From Gemmatimonadales bacterium (GTDB lineage Bacteria; Gemmatimonadota; Gemmatimonadetes; Palauibacterales; Palauibacteraceae), in NCBI GenBank assembly GCA_037385645.1, contig JARRMU010000020.1, positions 646 to 64,645 of the forward strand: a stretch of DNA of 64,000 nucleotides. The letters are read 5' to 3'. The translations under genes and the position numbers were made by a program. Position 1 is the stretch's first letter, and each line of letters starts with the position of its first letter. The notes beneath the pieces were generated by a model that saw only the letters and a list, made by a program, of their open reading frames with translations, searched no databases and had not been told where the DNA came from. This document shows positions 53,622 through 62,271 of the stretch, piece by piece.

Positions 53622-53633
53622 TCTGCACGAGAG

Positions 53634-53665
53634 GCCCCGTCGCGGTGCGACGGGGCTTTCGTTTC
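53634..53665 (+). terminator. rho-independent terminator (GCCCCGTCGC-GGT-GCGACGGGGC then TTTCGTTTC)
   Basis: perfect 10-bp stem plus T-rich tail. Confidence 0.65.
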
Positions 53666-53771
53666 GGGGTATTCCTGCTAGAGTTCGGAATAGGCCGGCT
53701 TGATGGCAGCCAACCTCGCGTAGCGGCTCGGCTGAACAGGAGGAAAGCTCGATCTGAATGAGAGCCTCGCC

Positions 53772-55262
53772 ATGACAGAAGGGACCGAACCGATCGAGGT
53801 CCTCGTTCGGTTCAGCGGGGAGCTGAGCATCAAGGCGAAGCGCACCCGAACCCGATTCGAGGCGCGCCTGGCCAAGAACATCGCGGACGCGTGCCGTTCG
53901 CACGGACTCCGCTGCACTGTGAAGCGCGGCTGGGGTCGCTTGCACGTCTGTTCACCCGATCCCGGCATCCTCGATCCGTTGGGGCGGGTCTTCGGCATCA
54001 GTTCGTACTCCGTCGTCGAGGGACGCTGCGATGCCTCGCTGAGCGAGATCGTGGATCTCGGCCATCGCCTGTACGCCGATCGTGTACAGGGGCGGCGGTT
54101 TGCCGTCCGAGCGCGTCGTACCGGCGAGCATGACTTCAACTCGTACGACATCCAGCGGGAGCTCGGTGCGGTCCTCAACCCGGGCGCCACCGTGGATCTC
54201 TCCAACCCCGAAGTCGAGGTGCGTGTCGAGGTGCGGGATCGAGAGGCCTACTTCGTGGGCAGACCGCGAGCTGGTGCGGCGGGACTGCCGCTGGGTGTGC
54301 AGGGCAAGGCGGTCGTGCTGATCTCCGGCGGGTTCGACTCCGCCGTCGCCGCCTGGATGGTGCTGAGGCGTGGGGTCGAGGCCGAATACCTGTTTTGCAA
54401 TCTGGGTGGAGCGGCGTACAAACGGCTAACGATCGAGGTGGTGAAGGTCTTGGCGGACCGATGGAGCTACGGTACGCAGCCGAAGCTACACGTCGTCGAT
54501 TTCGAATCCGTGGTGGAAGGTTTTCAGTCGACCGTCAAACCGTCCTACTGGCAGGTGACCCTGAAACGGATGATGTATCTGGCGGCGGCCGCGGTCGCTG
54601 AAGAGGTTGGCGCCGACGCGATCGTCACGGGGGAGTCGATCGGGCAGGTGTCCTCGCAGACGCTCGCGAATCTGAGGGCGATCGACGCGATCGCTCCGCT
54701 GCCCGTGCTCCGTCCACTGCTTGGCTTCGACAAGGAGCAGATCCTCGATCGAGCCAGGGTGATCGAAACCCACGACCTTTCGGCCAGAGTGAGGGAATAC
54801 TGCGCGATCGTTCCGGACCGACCGGTCACGGCGGCGCGTTCCGAGCGGGTGGCGGCGATGGAGGAGGGCATCGACCAGGCCGTCCTGTCAAGGGCCGTCG
54901 CCGATCGGCAGATGCTCCGGCTTAGAGGCCTGGATACCGCGGATCTCGTCGGCTCGCACCTGTTCGTGAGCGAGATCCCCGCGAACGCAGTCGTGATCGA
55001 TGCCCGCGATGCGGAGGCCTTCCTGGCTTGGCACTGGCCTGGTGCCGAGCACCGTGCGTACGATGAGTTGTCGCGCGAGTTCGCGGGGTTGGCTCGCGAT
55101 CGCACCTATGTGCTCTATTGCTCCGAAGGGATCCTTACGGCCCACCTCGCCGAACGCATGCAGTCCAAGGGGTACGAGGCCTACAGCTTTCGAGGGGGTG
55201 TGCGGAGCCTGCGGCGTCACGGGGAGTCGGTGGCCACGACGTCGATCGATGGGGCGTGTTGA
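53772..55262 (+). CDS. thiI: tRNA 4-thiouridine(8) synthase ThiI with C-terminal rhodanese domain
   Basis: THUMP, PP-loop SGGFDS, C-terminal rhodanese (YCSEGILT). Confidence 0.9.
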   Translation: MTEGTEPIEVLVRFSGELSIKAKRTRTRFEARLAKNIADACRSHGLRCTVKRGWGRLHVCSPDPGILDPLGRVFGISSYSVVEGRCDASLSEIVDLGHRLYADRVQGRRFAVRARRTGEHDFNSYDIQRELGAVLNPGATVDLSNPEVEVRVEVRDREAYFVGRPRAGAAGLPLGVQGKAVVLISGGFDSAVAAWMVLRRGVEAEYLFCNLGGAAYKRLTIEVVKVLADRWSYGTQPKLHVVDFESVVEGFQSTVKPSYWQVTLKRMMYLAAAAVAEEVGADAIVTGESIGQVSSQTLANLRAIDAIAPLPVLRPLLGFDKEQILDRARVIETHDLSARVREYCAIVPDRPVTAARSERVAAMEEGIDQAVLSRAVADRQMLRLRGLDTADLVGSHLFVSEIPANAVVIDARDAEAFLAWHWPGAEHRAYDELSREFAGLARDRTYVLYCSEGILTAHLAERMQSKGYEAYSFRGGVRSLRRHGESVATTSIDGAC

Positions 55263-55293
55263 TCCGGAGTCGCGCCCGCCGGTTGCCGGGTGC

Positions 55294-55321
55294 TTTGACA
55301 CCCTCGGCCGAGGGTGTCAAA
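55294..55321. promoter_or_regulatory. 28-bp perfect palindrome TTTGACACCCTCGG|CCGAGGGTGTCAAA ending 10 nt before the uppS ATG
   Basis: seen in sequence; contains consensus -35 TTGACA with CAAAAT 17 nt downstream. Confidence 0.4.
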
Positions 55322-55331
55322 ATGCGGCGCC

Positions 55332-56116
55332 ATGCCTGACATCGAGCAGACTAAGATCAGAGAGCGCTTACTCGCCGAGACGCTGCGGGGAGAGATTCCG
55401 ACACACGTGGCCGTCATCATGGATGGCAACGGACGCTGGGCCGAGGCGCGAGGGCTTCCCCGCTGGGAGGGCCACCGCGAGGGCGCCAAGGCCGTTCGAG
55501 AGGCCGTCATCGCCTCGCTCGAGCTGGGCGTGCGTCACTTGACGCTGTACGCCTTCTCGAACGAGAACTGGCTTCGTCCTACCTCGGAGATCACCGCCCT
55601 GATGGATCTGCTCGTGGAGTACGCGGAGAGCGAGGAGAGCGAACTCAGGGAACGTGGTGTTCGTGTGAACTTCTTCGGCGATCTGGAGCGGATATCGCCC
55701 GAGGCTCGCCAGGCGGTCGACCGCTTGAGCAACGCGACCCGGGTGGGGTCGGCGCTCTCGCTCCACCTGGCCCTCAGCTATGGATCGCGCTCGGAGACAG
55801 CTACGGATCGCGCTCGGAGATCTCTCGCGCGGCACGTCGTCTGGTGAGTGCGGCACTGGCCGGCCAGCTCAAGCCCGAAGAGGTGGATGCGGAGCGCTTC
55901 GAGCGCGAGCTCTACACGGCCGGGTTGCCAGATCCGGACCTGCTGATTCGCACGTCGGGAGAGCAGCGCCTATCGAACTTCCTCCTTTGGCAGATCGCCT
56001 ACGCGGAGCTTCTCGTCACGCCCGTCCTCTGGCCCGACTTCGATCGCGCGCATTTCTTCGAGGCGATCCTGGAGTATCAGCGGCGCGAGCGCCGATACGG
56101 CCGCGTAGAGGTTTGA
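55332..56116 (+). CDS. uppS: undecaprenyl-diphosphate synthase, reading frame broken by a 23-bp tandem duplication
   Basis: HVAVIMDGNGRWA..LTLYAFSNENW in frame 0 to 55847; RTSGEQRLSNFLLWQ in ORF 55844-56116; removing one 23-nt copy restores ..SYGSRSEISRAARRL.. Confidence 0.85.
55778..55823 (+). repeat. 23-bp imperfect tandem duplication (ctatGGATCGCGCTCGGAGAcag / ctacGGATCGCGCTCGGAGAtct) inside uppS
   Basis: 16-nt perfect core repeated with period 23. Confidence 0.85.
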
Positions 56117-56186
56117 GCCCACACTCCCGGAGCGCTGGCCGCGTCTCCCGCTGGACCCATCCGGCCACGGGGGGCGAGGCGCGCCC

Positions 56187-57008
56187 GTGAAGAATCTGCG
56201 TCGCCGACTCGTCGTCGCCGCGGTAGGCATTCCCGCCTCCATTATCGTGGTTTACGCCGGCGGAATCTTCCTCGCCCTCGGCCTCGGCTTCCTCGGAGCC
56301 GTCGGCTACTGGGAGTACGCCACGATGATGCGCAAGATCGGACACCGGCCTCTGATGAGCGTCGGTGCACTCACCACCGTCGCACTCCCGCTCGCCGTGC
56401 TGGACTCGGGATTCCCATTGGCCTGGGTGGTGGCCGTGGTCGCGATCGCTGTCGCCGCCACCGTCGCCACCTTCCGTTTGCCGCCCCCCGACCGTCCCAT
56501 CTCCAACGCCTCTGTGACGGTTTTCGGAGCGCTGTACATCGGTGCCCTCTTGAGCTTCGGCGTGCCGCTGCGAGAGTGGTTCCTCCCCGATCGGGTGGAG
56601 GGTACGCTACTTTTTTTCTATCCGATCGTCGTCACCTGGTCTACCGACACCGGTGCGTACACCGGCGGTAAGTTGTTGGGAAGCAGACAGATGTCTCCGA
56701 CCATCAGCCCGAACAAGACGGTCGAGGGAGGGTTGGCTGGCATACTGACCGGGGCCGTCGCGGGCCTTCTTTACGGTCTTTGGGTGCTTCCCTCGGCCGG
56801 AGGGGTCGCCCGGTCCCTACTCTTCGGCATGTTGATCGCCATACTTGCGATCCTCGGGGACCTCGTGGAATCCGCCCTGAAGCGGGAATGCGGCCAGAAG
56901 GACTCGTCCGCCCTGCTCCCGGGACATGGGGGTTTCCTCGATCGACTCGATTCGCTTCTCTGGACCATTCCCGGCGCTTTTCTCTTCTTCACCGCGGCGG
57001 GTCTTTGA
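56187..57008 (+). CDS. cdsA: phosphatidate cytidylyltransferase
   Basis: C-terminal CTP_transf_1 signature (GDLVESALKRECGQKDSSALLPGHGGFLDRLDS); GTG start. Confidence 0.85.
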   Translation: MKNLRRRLVVAAVGIPASIIVVYAGGIFLALGLGFLGAVGYWEYATMMRKIGHRPLMSVGALTTVALPLAVLDSGFPLAWVVAVVAIAVAATVATFRLPPPDRPISNASVTVFGALYIGALLSFGVPLREWFLPDRVEGTLLFFYPIVVTWSTDTGAYTGGKLLGSRQMSPTISPNKTVEGGLAGILTGAVAGLLYGLWVLPSAGGVARSLLFGMLIAILAILGDLVESALKRECGQKDSSALLPGHGGFLDRLDSLLWTIPGAFLFFTAAGL

Positions 57009-57159
57009 AGGAACCAGCAGCGCGAGGTGGGGCGAGCATTCCCGGGGCACCGATCCTGCAATCAGTCTCGCCCGCTCGGTCGCGAGCTTCGGACGTCGCC
57101 CGCGACCGGTTGGACCCTTCATCGGAACCGCAAACTGCCAGCTGGGGTGAAAGCAGCTC

Positions 57160-58251
57160 ATGGATACAATGGTGACCGTTCTGGCCACAGTGGTCGTGCT
57201 CGGTGTGCTGATCTTCGTGCACGAGCTCGGTCATTTCCTCGCGGCCAAGGCCGTCGACATCGAGGTGCAGCGCTTTTCGCTCGGGCTGGGGCCGAAGATG
57301 TTCGGCTTCAGGCGGGGAGAGACGGAGTATGTGATCTCCTGGTTCCCTCTGGGCGGCTACGTGAAGATGGCCGGGATGGCGGAGGAAGAGGGGATCGGCA
57401 TGCTGGAGGGCGGCGCGTCCGGAGGTCGAGAGCCCTCACCACGTGATTTCGACGCGAAGTCGCTGCCTGCCCGCACGCTGGTGATCTCGGCCGGTGTCCT
57501 CATGAACCTCCTCTTCGCGGTCGCGGCCTTTATCCTCGTCGCCAAGGCGCAGGGGGTCCAACTCGCGCTGATCAGTGAAGTTCAGGAGGATTCGCCGGCG
57601 GCAGCGGCCGGCTTCCAGGCCGGTGACCACATCCTGAGCGTGGAGGGCCAACGAGTCAGGGCGTTCGACGAGCTTGCGCTTCTGGTGCAGCAGAGCCCCG
57701 AGACCCCGATCCGCGTCGGGGTCGAGCGGGACGGCAAGCGCCTGAGCCTCAACGTCGTTCCGCGGAGGGTCAGCATATGGAGCGAAGTGGTCCGTGATTC
57801 GGTCGACATCGGTCAGATCGGGGTCACGTCCGACCCGGAGGGTGGCTATCGCACGCTCAGCTGGACGGAAGCGATACCCGAGGGCTCTTTCAGGACCTGG
57901 TACTGGGTAAGGACGACGCTGGAGTTTCTGGGCCAGCTCGTGAGCGGCCAGAGCAGCGCAAAAGAGGTGGGCGGCCCGATACTGATCGGACAGCTGTCCG
58001 GGCGCGCCGCGCGCGCTGGCTTCTGGTCCCTCCTGTCCTTCATGGCGATCATCAGCGTCAATCTGGCCATTCTCAACCTGCTACCGGTGCCGGTCCTGGA
58101 TGGTGGCCATCTGACCTTCCTGGCCTTCGAGGCCGTTCGAGGGAAGGCTCTCAGTGTCGAGCAGCGAATTCGACTCACGCAGGTGGGGCTCGTGCTCGTC
58201 GTGGGTCTGATGGTCTGGGTGATCACGAACGACGTGTTGAGGCTGCTGTAG
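57160..58251 (+). CDS. rseP: RIP zinc metalloprotease RseP (site-2 protease M50)
   Basis: HELGH, PDZ domain, LNLLPVPVLDGGH. Confidence 0.9.
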   Translation: MDTMVTVLATVVVLGVLIFVHELGHFLAAKAVDIEVQRFSLGLGPKMFGFRRGETEYVISWFPLGGYVKMAGMAEEEGIGMLEGGASGGREPSPRDFDAKSLPARTLVISAGVLMNLLFAVAAFILVAKAQGVQLALISEVQEDSPAAAAGFQAGDHILSVEGQRVRAFDELALLVQQSPETPIRVGVERDGKRLSLNVVPRRVSIWSEVVRDSVDIGQIGVTSDPEGGYRTLSWTEAIPEGSFRTWYWVRTTLEFLGQLVSGQSSAKEVGGPILIGQLSGRAARAGFWSLLSFMAIISVNLAILNLLPVPVLDGGHLTFLAFEAVRGKALSVEQRIRLTQVGLVLVVGLMVWVITNDVLRLL

Positions 58252-58307
58252 GCAGCCGTTGCGGACCGGCTGTCCCCGCATGACCGCTCCGCTTCCCAGG
58301 CGGTACG

Positions 58308-59147
58308 CTAGCCGCGCCGACCGGCGAACAGGTGGAGCTGCTCCCCATCCATGACTCGAGAGCGAAGCGCCGCGACGTCGTAGAGCGGCGTCGGACGCTC
58401 CTGCGTCGCCACCTCGATTAGGCCTGTGTAGTTCAGTCCGGACAGCGCCTCGGCGACCGTGCGCACGGCGAGCGGCCCGTCGTTGCATTCCGCGCTCATG
58501 TGTGCGAGCAGGACGCCGCCCAGCTCTGGATGGTGAAGCTCCGCAGCCAGCTCGGCCGCCATCCGATTGGAGAGATGCCCCCGGTTTCCGCCGATGCGTT
58601 CCTTGACCGACCACGGATACGGGCCGTCACGGAGCAGGAGGTCGTCGTGATTCGCTTCGAGGACGAGGAAATGGCAGGCTCGGAGCGCGTTTCGCACCGG
58701 ACCGGTGGGCCGGCCGAGGTCGGTGGCGACACCGATCTTGAGGCCGGAATCCGAATCCCTCAGCGTGACGGCAAGTGGATCCGCGGCATCATGGCTGGTG
58801 AGAAACGCGTGCACTTCTACGGTTCCGATCCGGAACGTGGCTTCCCGTTCGAAGATCCGGATCTCCTCCTTGCCGGAGAGCAGGCTTCGGCAGGCGGTAG
58901 CCGTTCGGCGACTCATGTAGAGGGGCCAACCCCAGCGCCGGGCCGATACGCCGACGCCGCTCGTGTGGTCGCGGTGTTCGTGAGTGACGACGATGGCGGC
59001 GATGCTTTCGGGCGCGATCTCGAGCGCCGCGAGGCGCCGCTCGATCTGGCGTCCGCTGAGGCCTGCGTCTACAAGAAGGCGCGTGTCCCCGGCCTCGACG
59101 AGGAGCGAGTTCCCGCGGCTTCCGCTTCCCAGCGCTGCTACGCGCAT
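58308..59147 (-). CDS. MBL-fold metallo-hydrolase (YycJ/WalJ-like)
   Basis: VVTHEHRDH (HxHxDH) and downstream His/Asp ligands; start at internal ATG 59147. Confidence 0.75.
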   Translation of the reverse strand: MRVAALGSGSRGNSLLVEAGDTRLLVDAGLSGRQIERRLAALEIAPESIAAIVVTHEHRDHTSGVGVSARRWGWPLYMSRRTATACRSLLSGKEEIRIFEREATFRIGTVEVHAFLTSHDAADPLAVTLRDSDSGLKIGVATDLGRPTGPVRNALRACHFLVLEANHDDLLLRDGPYPWSVKERIGGNRGHLSNRMAAELAAELHHPELGGVLLAHMSAECNDGPLAVRTVAEALSGLNYTGLIEVATQERPTPLYDVAALRSRVMDGEQLHLFAGRRG

Positions 59148-59157
59148 GATTGGCGGC

Positions 59158-60360
59158 TCACCGGTGCGCTGCCGTTGCCGTATCCCAAACCTCGGAGAGC
59201 CAAGCCCGCTCCTTGTCACCGAACCGGACCCCGCGCCGGCTCGCTGACACTTCGGCCGTCCGCAGAAACCCGTCCTTCCGGTGCACGGTGTCCGGCCCGC
59301 CCCAGCTGAACGCAGGCACCCACTTCTCCGGCCTGCTTGAGAGCACGTTCGCTCCACAACCGATCACGGCTCCCGTCGGGATCAGCGTTCCGATGGCCGT
59401 TTTGACGTGGTCTCCGATCAGGCAGCCCAGTTTCATCAACCCCGTGTCGACGTCACCGGCCGGGCCGGCGAGCCGGACGGTTCCGTACGTGTTCTTGAGG
59501 TCACTGTTGGTGGTGAGCGCCCCAAGGTTCACCCAGCGCCCCACGTAGGCGTGCCCGAGGAACCCATCGTGCGCCTTGTTCGCATATCCGAGCACGACGG
59601 ATTCCTCGACCTCGCCGCGCACGTAGCTGAATGGGCCGGCCGAGAGCCGGGAAATGGATCCGCCGAGGAGACGGCTTGAAGGACCGGCATAGAGAGGTCC
59701 GGAGAGGCGCGTTCCGGCGCGCACCTCGACCTCCTTATCGAGACATATCGGCCCATCCCGGAGATCGAACAGCACTCCGGGCTCGATGCGTACGTCCGAC
59801 GCCAACTGCAGCGAAGCGGTTCCGAGCCGCTCCCATCCCCCGGACGCCGGTGCCGCGGGAACGCCCGGTAGCGCGCTCTCCAGATCCGCGGCGGTGCGGT
59901 CCGCCGAGCGCTCCACCATCTCCCAGACGTGATGCAGAACCTCTCCCTCGACGACGAGTGCGGCTCCGCCGAGTGGCGACGGGTCGGCGAACCAATCGTC
60001 TCGCGGCGGCGCCGAGCCGGACGGCAGATACGCGCCAACGATCTCGCCTTCCATCTCCAACGTGGCCGGACCATCGGGGACCTCGAACCTGGCGGCCGGA
60101 TCGGGCACGGCCCGACAGCAGAGGAAAAGCCGCTCCTCGTCATCCCCCAGAGCCTCTGAAGAGATGACGGGCGGGGCGCCATCCTCGGAGAACGAGCCGA
60201 GCCAGGAGCGCGTGATAATCCCGCTCGCGACGGTACCGGCGAACCTCTCCAGCCGCCCCCGCAGCGAATCCGTGCCGAACCATAGCTCCGCGCAGGGCCG
60301 GCTCAGCGCGTATGGCCGCCAATCGCCGGCCCGGCGATCATCGAAGACGTAGAGCTTCAC
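59158..60360 (-). CDS. putative sugar nucleotidyltransferase-like protein with C-terminal left-handed beta-helix (hexapeptide) repeats
   Basis: N-terminal MKLYVFDDRR..RP nucleotidyltransferase-like region, C-terminal hexapeptide repeats; GTGA overlap with manC. Confidence 0.55.
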   Translation of the reverse strand: MKLYVFDDRRAGDWRPYALSRPCAELWFGTDSLRGRLERFAGTVASGIITRSWLGSFSEDGAPPVISSEALGDDEERLFLCCRAVPDPAARFEVPDGPATLEMEGEIVGAYLPSGSAPPRDDWFADPSPLGGAALVVEGEVLHHVWEMVERSADRTAADLESALPGVPAAPASGGWERLGTASLQLASDVRIEPGVLFDLRDGPICLDKEVEVRAGTRLSGPLYAGPSSRLLGGSISRLSAGPFSYVRGEVEESVVLGYANKAHDGFLGHAYVGRWVNLGALTTNSDLKNTYGTVRLAGPAGDVDTGLMKLGCLIGDHVKTAIGTLIPTGAVIGCGANVLSSRPEKWVPAFSWGGPDTVHRKDGFLRTAEVSASRRGVRFGDKERAWLSEVWDTATAAHR

Positions 60361-61415
60361 GACTGCCCCCTACGCTTCGTTGCCTCGTTCTCGTGCTGAT
60401 CGGGGCGATCGAATATCCGTTTCATCTCCGAGGCTTCCTCGCGCGTCGTGACGAAGGTGTGGCCTCCGCTGTGGACGACCACGAGGTCCTCGACGCGAAA
60501 GAGCGTCACACGGCCGTCTTCCGACCACACCACATTGCCCGAGCCTTCGACGACCCTTCCCGACCCCAGGATCACGTTGCCCTCCCCATCAGGGCGTCGC
60601 GTCCGGTGAAGCGCGTTCCACCCGCCGACATCGTCCCAGCGGAAGCTCGCGGCCACGACTCCCACGCGGTTGCTTCTCTCCATCACTGCGACGTCCACTG
60701 CAATCAGCTCCGAGCGCCCGAAGAAGCCGTCGACGTCGCCGGCCTCGAGGAGGTCGAGCGGAATCTCCCGGGCGTGTCGCCTAACCGCCGTGAGAAGATC
60801 GACCGCTCGCCAGACGAAGATTCCGCTGTTCCACAGGTATTCACCCGAGTCCAGGTATTCACGGGCCTTCTTCAGCGAAGGCTTCTCTACGAACTCCGCT
60901 GCCTCGTAGACGTCGGGTCCGATCTTGTCACCCAGACGGACGTAGCCATAGCCGGTTTCGGGTCGGCTCGGGACGATTCCCAGGCAGAAGAGGCGCTCGT
61001 CGCCTGCCGCCGACACACCACGCTGTAGCGTCTCGAGAAAGTCCTCCAGAGGCTCGATCACGTGGTCGGCGTGAAGGGAGACCATGACCGCCTCCGGCTC
61101 TCGGCGCGCGATCTCGTGGGCGGCCCAGGCGAGAGCGGGGCCCGTCCCTCGCGGCATGGGCTCCACAAGGAAGCTGTCGGCGGTCAGCTCCGGCAGCTCG
61201 TCACGGAGGAGCTCCACCAGCCGGTCGCCCGTCACGATCAAGGTCCGAGCGGGCCCGGCCAGCCGGATGGCCCGCTCCACCGTGTCGACGATGAGGGGAC
61301 GGTCGCTGCCCAGGGGGAGAAGCTGCTTGGGTCGCTCGGGGCGGGAGGCCGGCCAGAACCTCGACCCGACGCCGCCCGCCAGGACGACGGCGAACGGACG
61401 CTGGAACTGACTCAC
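60357..61415 (-). CDS. mannose-1-phosphate guanylyltransferase-like nucleotidyltransferase
   Basis: FAVVLAGGVGSRFWPASRPERPKQLLPL NTP-transferase signature; GTG 61415 preferred over upstream ATG 61556. Confidence 0.8.
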   Translation of the reverse strand: MSQFQRPFAVVLAGGVGSRFWPASRPERPKQLLPLGSDRPLIVDTVERAIRLAGPARTLIVTGDRLVELLRDELPELTADSFLVEPMPRGTGPALAWAAHEIARREPEAVMVSLHADHVIEPLEDFLETLQRGVSAAGDERLFCLGIVPSRPETGYGYVRLGDKIGPDVYEAAEFVEKPSLKKAREYLDSGEYLWNSGIFVWRAVDLLTAVRRHAREIPLDLLEAGDVDGFFGRSELIAVDVAVMERSNRVGVVAASFRWDDVGGWNALHRTRRPDGEGNVILGSGRVVEGSGNVVWSEDGRVTLFRVEDLVVVHSGGHTFVTTREEASEMKRIFDRPDQHENEATKRRGQS

Positions 61416-61716
61416 AGGATGTCCGTATTCACAGGCTCCGAGTATCGGTTGCACGGCCGCGTTCGTCGCCGGAACAAGCGCTGCGCCGAGACGGGGGCGC
61501 TCGGCGGTGCGGGCCGAAGCATGCGTACGGCGTGGCAACGTACCGGCGACCCGCATCGGGAGTCAACCGATCAGTCCGGAAATATCAAGTGTATCAGCAA
61601 CTTAGCGTACTTGACCCGGCTGGTGCCCTCCGAGCATCTTCGAGGAGGCCAGGATCTCCTGGCGAGCGTTGGTCATAGCCTTTGCTGGTTGCAGAAAAGG
61701 GGGTCCATTGAGAGGT

Positions 61717-62259
61717 GTGTCGCGGTTCCTGGCCGCTACATGCCTGGCGCTGTTGCTGCCGGGCTGCGGGGACTCCGTGGTCGGCGTGCCGGTTCCCGAC
61801 GAGCCTGGGGAGGCCACGCTCGCGGACTTTCGTACCGGGCCGCTGGTCGAGCCCTCCGCGTTCAGCTGGATCGTCCTGTCGACGGTGAGGACCGATCAGT
61901 CGGGCCAGTGGGACTTTGCCTTCGCGCTCGAAGCGGATGGCACGGCGCAACTCTTTCCGCGCGCCTCAGTGCTGGAGCAGCCGTCCACCGCTGGCTTGCA
62001 GATCGTTCCCGAGTCGTTCGAAGGCCTGACTCGGGCTCCCGAGAGCGGATATATCACGGATGAGCCCGTCCCGGTCCAGGTGGGCGACGTGCTGGCCGCC
62101 GTGAGTCGGCGGCAATGCGGGTCGCTGGGCTTCGTTCGGTTCGGCAAGCTCGAGATCCTGGATATCGACCTCGTTCGCGGACGCCTGACGTTCAAGCAGC
62201 TGGCGAATCCGAACTGCGAGAACCCCAACCTGGTGCCCGGTGAGGCCGGAGAGGTCTGA
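61717..62259 (+). CDS. putative lipoprotein/secreted protein (alternative TTG start 61669)
   Basis: signal peptide with LLPGC lipobox-like Cys; no family recognised. Confidence 0.45.
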   Translation: MSRFLAATCLALLLPGCGDSVVGVPVPDEPGEATLADFRTGPLVEPSAFSWIVLSTVRTDQSGQWDFAFALEADGTAQLFPRASVLEQPSTAGLQIVPESFEGLTRAPESGYITDEPVPVQVGDVLAAVSRRQCGSLGFVRFGKLEILDIDLVRGRLTFKQLANPNCENPNLVPGEAGEV

Positions 62260-62271
62260 GCCGGCACGGTC

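Noticed and set aside
53574-53629. A second full-length tRNA after tRNA-fMet
   Set aside because: No 5' acceptor strand (GGCAGGG), D-arm or 5' anticodon stem exists upstream. The preceding sequence is a terminator hairpin and T7 run, so only a 3' fragment is present.
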